Virus record (IMG/VR): IMGVR_UViG_3300034068_001120
Location: 38,842 to 102,841 of that record
Source of the DNA: a virus
Length of the DNA: 64,000 bases
Direction: 5' to 3' (one strand)
In this document: positions 29,872 to 36,646 of the stretch, one piece after another
Numbering within the stretch: the stretch's first letter is position 1
Layout: each line of letters begins with the position of its first letter
Notes under the pieces: generated by a model
Told to the model about the DNA's origin: nothing
What the model saw: the letters and a program-made list of their open reading frames with translations, nothing else
The model's database searches: none
Translations under genes and position numbers: made by a program

Positions 29872-29939
29872 TCTAGTTCCTTTGACCCGCAGGGTCAGGT
29901 GCATCATAAGGGATTGAAACATTCAATCCTCATTGACAA
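29872..29939 (-). promoter_or_regulatory. structured 5' leader, copy B
   Basis: Same fold as copy A, with GUCA/UGAU and UGACCC/GGGUCA compensatory changes. Confidence 0.8.
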
Positions 29940-30075
29940 CCACAATATACTACCGATTTCGCCGATGTCAAATAAAGAGGTCGATTTTTCAAAGAATATT
30001 ATTATCGGTCAAATAGGGCTATGACGAACTATGACGAAACCAAAAAGAAAAGACCCCCTTGCGGGGGTCCTGGGG

Positions 30076-30474
30076 TTAATCGAAGTGTGTCCCGCAGTGA
30101 CCGCAATGCTCACTTTGACGGGTGCACCCGCAGTGGGGGCACTCGTACCAACCGTCGCCGTACTCTCGTCGAGGCTCGACCTCGACCTCGGACTCCTCCA
30201 TCACTAATGATGGAGACTCGATGATGCCCCTTTCTCGAAGCATCCGCTCGAGCACGATGAACTCGTCCATCACCCTCGACTTGATGGCTGCTGAAAAAAC
30301 ACTTTTTTCCCGATCATCCAGTGCCTCCACGAGATTCGTGGGGGCGGTCATTTGAATGACCGCAGAGAGTCTCATCATTTGGATGTGGATCGGCAATTTG
30401 CCGATCCACTCAACTGCGCCGACTGCATTGAGATGCGCCCTCAATGCCATACCTTCAGGGGTTGATTCATTCAT
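30076..30474 (-). CDS. cassette gene with C-terminal Zn ribbon
   Basis: WYECPHCG...HCGHCG. Confidence 0.7.
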   Translation of the reverse strand: MNESTPEGMALRAHLNAVGAVEWIGKLPIHIQMMRLSAVIQMTAPTNLVEALDDREKSVFSAAIKSRVMDEFIVLERMLRERGIIESPSLVMEESEVEVEPRREYGDGWYECPHCGCTRQSEHCGHCGTHFD

Positions 30475-30547
30475 CGTAAGATCCAATCCGACCCGCAGGG
30501 TCAGGTGCATCGTAGGCAACTTGAAACATTCAAGCCCGCCTCGACAC
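30475..30547 (-). promoter_or_regulatory. structured 5' leader, copy C
   Basis: GUCGAGGCGGGCUUGAAUGUUUCAAGUUGCCUACGAU variant. Confidence 0.8.
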
Positions 30548-30707
30548 CAACAATATACACTCAATTTCGCCGATGTCAAATAAAAGGGTAAAGAATTACA
30601 AGATTCTTTGTTATCGGACTCTAGCGTCATAGTTCGCTGCAACGACCCAGCCTCCACCAAACTATGACGAACACAAAAAAGAAAAGACCCCTTTCGGGGT
30701 CCTGATA

Positions 30708-30899
30708 TCAAGCGTACCACTTCTTTACTTTCTTGAACTCTTCGACAAGATCCATCTCGCCGAGATGGATCAATCGAGCCAACAGAATATGATCCGCCAT
30801 TCTGTGTGCTTGCTCGATGTCGCCCTCACAGGAGGAGCGAGAGATTTGGCGCATCTGCGCCAATCCTGTTTCTTTCGTCATTTCTTGAATTTCGTCCAT
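30708..30899 (-). CDS. cassette gene, small hypothetical
   Basis: 63 aa after leader copy D; D.E.AH..AD...KWYA pattern. Confidence 0.72.
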   Translation of the reverse strand: MDEIQEMTKETGLAQMRQISRSSCEGDIEQAHRMADHILLARLIHLGEMDLVEEFKKVKKWYA

Positions 30900-30967
30900 T
30901 CTAATTCCTTTGTCCCGCAGGGACATTTGCATCGTAAGGGATTGAAACATTCAATCCTCATCGACAC
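30900..30967 (-). promoter_or_regulatory. structured 5' leader, copy D
   Basis: Near-identical to copy A. Confidence 0.8.
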
Positions 30968-31103
30968 CCACAATATACACCAAGAATCGCCGATGTCAAA
31001 TAAAAGGGTAAAGAATTCCAAGATTCTTTGTTATCGGTCAAATAGGGCTATGACGAACTATGACGAACACAAAAAAGAAAAGACCCCTTTCGGGGTCCTG
31101 GGA

Positions 31104-31514
31104 TCAGGACTTGACCCCGACTTGCGCCCAATCGGAATTGGGTGGGTATACCCACCCGCAGTGGCGGAAACTCGAGGTCTTCGTTGTTCTTCCGTCAGGA
31201 AGAACCTCCTCCACAGAGACTCGCTCTGTGAAAGAGAAGCAAACTTCCCATCCTTCTGCCTCGAGCAGGGATTGGAGCGGTCCCATCAAATACGGGGCTC
31301 CGCCGATCATGACGAAGTCAAAATCTTCGCAATCCGCATTCATCCGAAGCAGTCGGACGATGCTTTCGCATCGCGTTGCGATTTCGATGCGTGAAGGGGG
31401 GGTGGCGAATGTTAACAATTCGCACAATAACTTGCGCCCCTCGGGGAGAAAATCTACCACTCCATCCTCAATTTGTTCCTTTGTGGCGAGATGTTGGGTG
31501 AGGTTCGGTATCAT
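31104..31514 (-). CDS. Csx20-like CARF-related protein, candidate cyclic oligoadenylate ring nuclease
   Basis: H..T.EQ.ED, LP, PP, VMIGG, TERVSVE...DG...K.S.FRH pattern resembles Csx20 (from memory, not searched). Confidence 0.55.
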   Translation of the reverse strand: MIPNLTQHLATKEQIEDGVVDFLPEGRKLLCELLTFATPPSRIEIATRCESIVRLLRMNADCEDFDFVMIGGAPYLMGPLQSLLEAEGWEVCFSFTERVSVEEVLPDGRTTKTSSFRHCGWVYPPNSDWAQVGVKS

Positions 31515-31585
31515 AAAGACTCCTTTTGACCCGCAGGGTCATTTGCATCGTAGGCAACTTGAAACATTCAAGCCCGCCTCGACAC
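31515..31585 (-). promoter_or_regulatory. structured 5' leader, copy E
   Basis: Copy C-type first hairpin, UGACCC-UGC-GGGUCA, AAGGAG SD. Confidence 0.8.
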
Positions 31586-31689
31586 CAACAATATACATCA
31601 AGAATTGACGATGTCAAATAAAAGGGTAAAGAATTCAAAGATTCTTTGTTATCGGCCAAAATGGGCTATGACGAACTATGACGAATACA

Positions 31690-31905
31690 AAAAGAAACCA
31701 TTCTCTCCGTGATCGTTTCGGAGAGAATGGTTGTCAAGTGTCGGCGGTCCTGAGTCGATGCGAGCGTGCGGGTGGAAGGCAGGGGAGGGGTGTCAAACGC
31801 AGGTGGGGTGCTTCCGTGATCAAACTTGGCACTTCAAGCGTGTTGATTTTCTGCAAATCCAAGCCGAACGAGGCATCAAGCGAGCCAAACCGAATCACTT
31901 GATTC
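31690..31905 (-). other. first cassette transcript: ncRNA or ~55-aa peptide
   Basis: Promoter at 31912-39 and terminator at ~31690-31732; only a GTG ORF (31734..31907) with no SD; C-rich tract. Confidence 0.45.
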
Positions 31906-32211
31906 ACCTACAGTATACACCGAAAAACGCCGATGTCAAGTAAAGAGCCTGATTATTTCAAAGAATATTATTATCGGACCTCACCCGCACCTATCGGAGT
32001 ACAGTGTTATCGGCCCCTTCCCCACCCAGCCCTAGTGGGTCTAGCAGATCGAGCAATCCCGTGGGGAGGAAATTAAAATATTCACCCCCCGTCAATTCTG
32101 TACAACATTTATCGAACCTGCTTTTGAAAATTTTTTTTGCGTAAAAATTTCACGCCAATATCCTTTTCAAATATTCTTCATATACTCTTTTTCCAAGAAA
32201 TAATCAGTTAG

Positions 32212-32219
32212 TATAAATA
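32212..32219 (+). promoter_or_regulatory. T4-type late promoter TATAAATA
   Basis: Exact match 12 nt before ATG 32232. Confidence 0.72.
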
Positions 32220-32231
32220 TTAACGAATTCC

Positions 32232-32678
32232 ATGAAATCATTCATCCAATATCTAAAAGAAGATTTACGTAAGTGGTTTAGTAAAACTGATCCAGACGGC
32301 GATTGGAAACGAATAAACTCAAAGGGGGAAGCCATTGGACCTTGTGCAGCGGCTCCAGGAGAACCTAAGCCTAAATGTATGTCACGAGCGAAACGTGCTG
32401 GATTAACTAAAAAACAAAGAGCTGCAGCAGTTCTTGCCAAAAGACGAAATGATCCAAATCCTAATAGAACAGGATCTCCTATAAATGTTTCAAATTATGG
32501 AATGGGAAAAATAAGTGAAGAAATTCTACAAGAAAAAAATATACCAACCTCACCTGAAAAATGGAGTCGAGCCAAAGCACTGGCAAGATCTAAATTCAAG
32601 GTTTATCCTTCGGCATATGCAAATGGTTGGGCTGCTAAAAAATATAAAGCCATGGGTGGCGGATGGGAAACTGAATGA
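32232..32678 (+). CDS. basic late protein (DUF5872-like C-terminus) with capsid-targeting-like N-terminus
   Basis: MKSFIQYLKE; KFKVYPSAYANGW..KKYK..GGGW. Confidence 0.7.
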   Translation: MKSFIQYLKEDLRKWFSKTDPDGDWKRINSKGEAIGPCAAAPGEPKPKCMSRAKRAGLTKKQRAAAVLAKRRNDPNPNRTGSPINVSNYGMGKISEEILQEKNIPTSPEKWSRAKALARSKFKVYPSAYANGWAAKKYKAMGGGWETE

Positions 32679-32968
32679 AGTCATTTCTAGAACATTTAAC
32701 CGAAACTGCTGCATGGACCAGAAAAGCAGGAAAGAATCCAACAGGAGGCTTAAATGCAGCGGGTGTGGCTTCTTATAGAGCCGCAAATCCTGGCAGCAAA
32801 TTAAAAATGGCCGTGACGACTCCTCCTTCTAAATTGAAGAAGGGATCCAAAGCCGCAAAGCGAAGAAAATCTTTCTGCGCCAGAATGAGTGGTATGCGAG
32901 GTGCAATGAAAGATGCAAAGGGTAGACCAACACGCAAGGCTCTGGCTTTGCGCAAGTGGAACTGCTAG
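32675..32968 (+). CDS. DUF6321-like basic protein with capsid-targeting-like N-terminus
   Basis: MKSFLEHLTE; AAWTRK.GKNP.GGLN...RRKSFCARM...LRKWNC. Confidence 0.75.
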   Translation: MKSFLEHLTETAAWTRKAGKNPTGGLNAAGVASYRAANPGSKLKMAVTTPPSKLKKGSKAAKRRKSFCARMSGMRGAMKDAKGRPTRKALALRKWNC

Positions 32969-33002
32969 AATTAAACAAATCCTGACTATTCTATATACTA
33001 AT

Positions 33003-33593
33003 ATGAATAAAGATAAAACCACCGATTCCGTTAATGAGGGTGAGCGACGATATGCAAGACTTCGTGATGCAGATATAAAGAAGCACGGATACACTGAACT
33101 CCCAGGACGAAGCGATCCCAAGAGAGCAGATGTTTTTAACGCAAATACTCGTAAAATAGCAAGAGAACGCCGACTTGCAGGAATTGTTCCTGGATCTGCT
33201 AATGCACGACCAGAAAATAGATCAGATGTGTTGATTCATTCTGCAAGAAAAAGTGCCGCAAAAAGATTTTACCGAGTTGGTACAGATCATCGTCGCGATG
33301 ACCGCAAAAATAGAAATAGAAAAATTCTCGATTCATTTAATCATGGACTTGATGAAGCAAAGAAGCCTGCTGCTACCAAAATGATTACTCCTCCTAAGGG
33401 ACTTCGTGCTACAATCAGAGACCACAAACCATCTACTCTAGTCGGATCGGCTATCCACGGAGCAACTGTTCGTACAATGGATCATAATCTTGCTCCCGCA
33501 GGACGAGGCCGTATTCGACATGCATTGGGTGGAGCAGTGCGCGGAATAGCACAACACGTTTTAAATAGCTTATTGAGTTCAAAAAGAAAATAA
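33003..33593 (+). CDS. Arg/Lys-rich putative internal protein
   Basis: ATG at 33003; basic composition; VNE and LDE sites. Confidence 0.55.
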   Translation: MNKDKTTDSVNEGERRYARLRDADIKKHGYTELPGRSDPKRADVFNANTRKIARERRLAGIVPGSANARPENRSDVLIHSARKSAAKRFYRVGTDHRRDDRKNRNRKILDSFNHGLDEAKKPAATKMITPPKGLRATIRDHKPSTLVGSAIHGATVRTMDHNLAPAGRGRIRHALGGAVRGIAQHVLNSLLSSKRK

Positions 33594-33597
33594 TAGT

Positions 33598-34317
33598 TTA
33601 AAGACTTAAAGCCTTGTCTTGTTTAGATCTTAAATAATCGTGCAATCTGCCGATATATCCGAGATTTCGTAATTCTTTAAATACCATGTTTTCTATTGAA
33701 AATTCTCCTGCTTGTTTAAGTCCAGCAGATCGCATTTCTCGGAATTTTGTTTTTAATTTATTGCAGGCTTCTTCATCGGCATTTGATCTTATCAAACTAT
33801 TAATCTGACTTGCATAATCTTCTACCTTTTGCATAAGCGCAGGATCATTGAAATTAACTTCTTGTTGCACAGGAAAACGTATCCATTTATTGAACATAAT
33901 ACTATAGACTCCTTGATCACTTGGAGTCGGTTCTGTAATATCCTGAGCATATAATTCCACATCATGTCCATATATGGTTATGTTATGTGTGTTGCCCCAC
34001 AATTGTTTCTTTAATTTAAGATAATCGGCAAGTATGGTTGGACAATTCTCGTATTGTGATTTGTCTATTAAAATATGAAGATCTATATCTGAATAACTGG
34101 TATAATTAAAATTAGCGTTTCCGCCAACAAGCAAAATATCTCGTATGGCATGTTTTGGAATTTTTGAAAATTCAGACCATAGATCGGCTATCTTTAATAG
34201 TTTCTGAGCGACCTCTGTGTCTAGGGTATTGCTCTTCCATAATTTTGGATTTAACTCTTTATGATATTGAAGAGTCAGGGCAATTGCTTCGTCAATATAT
34301 CTGTGAAAATTCTTCAT
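33598..34317 (-). CDS. Pol-beta-superfamily nucleotidyltransferase
   Basis: LVGGNANFNY..YSDIDLH, VELY, FKELRN; start MKNFHRYIDE behind TATAAATA (34329-36). Confidence 0.85.
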   Translation of the reverse strand: MKNFHRYIDEAIALTLQYHKELNPKLWKSNTLDTEVAQKLLKIADLWSEFSKIPKHAIRDILLVGGNANFNYTSYSDIDLHILIDKSQYENCPTILADYLKLKKQLWGNTHNITIYGHDVELYAQDITEPTPSDQGVYSIMFNKWIRFPVQQEVNFNDPALMQKVEDYASQINSLIRSNADEEACNKLKTKFREMRSAGLKQAGEFSIENMVFKELRNLGYIGRLHDYLRSKQDKALSL

Positions 34318-34606
34318 GTATTCAATTGTATTTATACATATTAGTGGACTGGACACACGCGACTACGCGTTGGTGTGTAAAAGGAATTTCGCTACCTCCG
34401 GACCGACATAGTAGACAAACGCCGATTCACGTCGGCGTTTGTTCTTTTAAATATTCAACTATCTGCGATATTCTTCAAAAAGAGCCATTCAATTTATAAA
34501 TACAAAACAAGATATTCATTTGAATATTTTAGTCTCTATATAACTGTCCCCACGGAAAATCCTTTCTGTGGGATTTGATTATACACCTTACAGGAGAAAA
34601 ACATAG

Positions 34607-35353
34607 ATGGTTATTACTAGTCTACTCGCATCAGTATTGTCTCAAGCCGCTCCAGTTGCACCTGCGCAAGCAGAACCTGCTGGATTTCACTTTGTTCCTA
34701 GTGTGGATGCCATGGTCTTTGATTTTGGCGGACAAGGAACTCTTATTGAAATCACGCCAACCATTGTTCTTCCTAATGTTGTGAAGAATGTTTCTCTTAC
34801 GTTTACTCTTCCTATCTGGTCACAGAATGGGAACGATGTAACAACTTCTGGATTGAGTGATATTGGCATTATGGCTAGTGCTTCGGCATGGCAAGGTGCT
34901 GCTCTTGGAGGCAAGGGTAACTGGACATTTGATGCAGGTATTCTTGTTCCTCTCTCGTCTGAGTTTTCAAGCACCAGCATTGTTCCTGTTGTTGGAACCA
35001 AGTTTGATCTTGCTTGGGAAAAGGTTAGTTTTTCCCAGAATATTGACTGGACTATTATTGCAGAAGGAACCTCATGGAATGCACTCTTGAATTCTCAGGT
35101 TGCATCGCAATGGGTTTCTGGAAACACGCATCTTGATTATGCAGTTATGGAATCTCTTACAGTGGGTGCTGCTCTTAAAGAGCAATGGGTCTCCACAGGA
35201 GAATGGAGTGTTATTCTTGGTCCAGAAACAACATGGACACCAATGAATAATGTGAATGTATCAGCAGGAGTAGGATTTCCGATTTATCAAAATACGGGAT
35301 CTTATGATTCGCTCAATACCGTGGTTCATTGTAGTTTGAGTATCAAGTTCTGA
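34607..35353 (+). CDS. outer-membrane beta-barrel protein (Phenol_MetA_deg-like)
   Basis: Signal peptide, alternating amphipathic strands, SGLSDI motif, C-terminal Phe. Confidence 0.65.
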   Translation: MVITSLLASVLSQAAPVAPAQAEPAGFHFVPSVDAMVFDFGGQGTLIEITPTIVLPNVVKNVSLTFTLPIWSQNGNDVTTSGLSDIGIMASASAWQGAALGGKGNWTFDAGILVPLSSEFSSTSIVPVVGTKFDLAWEKVSFSQNIDWTIIAEGTSWNALLNSQVASQWVSGNTHLDYAVMESLTVGAALKEQWVSTGEWSVILGPETTWTPMNNVNVSAGVGFPIYQNTGSYDSLNTVVHCSLSIKF

Positions 35354-35378
35354 GTTTATTTAACAAAGGAGTTTCAAT

Positions 35379-35540
35379 ATGGCACAAGTTAAGACAAGTC
35401 CGTTTAGTGGTTTTTGTTGGAAGAATGTTTGGCACTGGGCTCTCGGTCTCGCACTTCTTCCGTTTGCAGTTGCTGGAGTGCAGGTTGTTATGAATGCAGT
35501 ACACAGCGTACTCGCAATCTTTGCGGTTGCTGCCAAGTAA
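35379..35540 (+). CDS. 53-aa membrane peptide (not in the ORF track)
   Basis: AAAGGAG SD; MAQVKTSPFSGFCWKNVWHWALGLALLPFAVAGVQVVMNAVHSVLAIFAVAAK. Confidence 0.7.
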   Translation: MAQVKTSPFSGFCWKNVWHWALGLALLPFAVAGVQVVMNAVHSVLAIFAVAAK

Positions 35541-35567
35541 AATATTAGGTAGCGAACCCTAAAATAG

Positions 35568-35610
35568 ACTCTCCTGATGCAATCACCTCTGCATCAGGAG
35601 AGTTTTCCTT
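35568..35610 (+). terminator. intrinsic terminator
   Basis: ACTCTCCTGATGC/GCATCAGGAGAGT 13-bp stem followed by T-rich sequence. Confidence 0.8.
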
Positions 35611-35631
35611 TAATAGATACATAAGAATAAT

Positions 35632-35907
35632 ATGAAAACATTTTTTCAATTTATAACAGAACGCGCAAAAGTCCGTAATTATAAAAAGGAATATGCAGAA
35701 TTTCAAGGAACTCCAAAACAATTAAAATATCAATCTAATTGTCATAAAGCCAGAAGAACCATGGGATTGGGAAATAACGGCGAAAACCCTGGAGTAGAAG
35801 TAGATCATAAACGTCCTGTTTCTAAGGGTGGGTCAAATAAAAAGAGTAATTTTCGGGTTGTCTCAAGAAAGACAAATCGTAAAAAAGGAAATAAATTAAA
35901 ATCATAA
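35632..35907 (+). CDS. small HNH endonuclease with capsid-targeting-like N-terminus
   Basis: MKTFFQFITE; VDHKRPVSKGGSN..SN.R.....NRKKG. Confidence 0.8.
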   Translation: MKTFFQFITERAKVRNYKKEYAEFQGTPKQLKYQSNCHKARRTMGLGNNGENPGVEVDHKRPVSKGGSNKKSNFRVVSRKTNRKKGNKLKS

Positions 35908-35953
35908 ATAGAAGTACAGGCTGTAGACTCAAAAAAATAACGAAAGGCAACTC

Positions 35954-36349
35954 ATGGCATTTACATTCGGATCAGTAGAATTGGCTAAGGCTACTCAGTT
36001 GGGCAATAAATTGGTTAATTATTCGCTTCAATTCGGTGGATTGACTCAAGGTCGTGACAAAGATCTAATGGAGAAATTAGCCAGAAAAGCACGATTCAGT
36101 GTAACTGGATTCACCACGGGAGCTGGCTTTCCACTATTCGGAACCAACAACACCACTGGTCTGACACAGACGACATATGATGGACTCACAACCACACTTG
36201 GAGCAAATGTGGGATTCACTATGGGTGTTGTCTATAAAACAGCAAACCCAGTAACAGGAGTTAATCTTACTGCTGGAACAACCGCAGCCACTATTTTCGG
36301 AATAACTGGCGCAATTTACTTTAACGGATCAACTGCATCTATCTCGTAA
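35954..36349 (+). CDS. Gly/Thr-rich putative structural protein
   Basis: CATAAATA upstream; composition. Confidence 0.55.
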   Translation: MAFTFGSVELAKATQLGNKLVNYSLQFGGLTQGRDKDLMEKLARKARFSVTGFTTGAGFPLFGTNNTTGLTQTTYDGLTTTLGANVGFTMGVVYKTANPVTGVNLTAGTTAATIFGITGAIYFNGSTASIS

Positions 36350-36364
36350 TATTTGTGATTCGTC

Positions 36365-36631
36365 ATGAAACCCTATATTAGTTTTCTTGCAGCAATCGAA
36401 GAGGTATATAAAAAACCTCAAGATATATGGAAAACGGCTAGTGGGTGGGGTGGCAAGAATCTAAAGGGAGAAGTAGAATACTTCGACAAAGAAGATCACG
36501 CCAAGGCTTGGGTGAATGGTACGGCAAAGATGCGAGCACACGGCAGTGTAGACCCAGGAAAGGGTCTTGATATATCTCGTACAATGAATATAGATCAATA
36601 TGGAAATGATGCCGATGCAGTAGCCTTGTGA
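36365..36631 (+). CDS. small late protein sharing a domain with the C-terminus of 1943..2779
   Basis: IWKTASGWGGKNLKGEVEYFD vs VWKTSSGIWGAKDRNGKFEYFD. Confidence 0.65.
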   Translation: MKPYISFLAAIEEVYKKPQDIWKTASGWGGKNLKGEVEYFDKEDHAKAWVNGTAKMRAHGSVDPGKGLDISRTMNIDQYGNDADAVAL

Positions 36632-36646
36632 TATAATTTTTACATT

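Larger units (their letters stand above)
25214..31980 (-). repeat. array of about 12 conserved terminator/repeat/promoter junctions separating 1-2-gene cassettes
   Basis: Junctions at about 25214-25396, 25638-25762, 26547-26675, 27079-27207, 27646-27808, 28702-28875, 28926-29042, 29394-29519, 29944-30069, 30552-30702, 30972-31098 and 31590-31732, plus a lead promoter at 31912-31939. Each has a hairpin+T-tract, (CTATGACGAA)1-3, CCGATAA, an AT-rich tract and TTG(AC/CA)-N16-TATA(C/T/A)T. Confidence 0.93.

Noticed and set aside
29319-31585. Leaders as solitary CRISPR-repeat mimics (GGATTGAAAC on the + strand resembles a type I/III repeat end)
   Set aside because: The motif is antisense to the predicted transcript and becomes CTTGAAAC in two copies with a compensatory change, so hairpin pairing explains it. 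It remains a weak alternative worth a repeat-database search.
29319-31585. Leader as a hammerhead ribozyme (CGAUGAG followed by a stem)
   Set aside because: No CUGANGA and GAAA on the same strand, and copies C and E lack GAUGA.
29046-31659. N-terminal extensions such as MFQSLT... and ORFs spanning junctions (28789, 30076 long form, 31468)
   Set aside because: They translate the leader or promoter elements; the real starts follow the leader.
25214-31980. CRISPR array
   Set aside because: The repeats are degenerate promoter/terminator units separated by whole genes, not constant repeats with 30-40-nt spacers.
25214-31980. Classical integron with attC sites
   Set aside because: No integrase in the window, no recognisable attC core pair, and each cassette has its own promoter.
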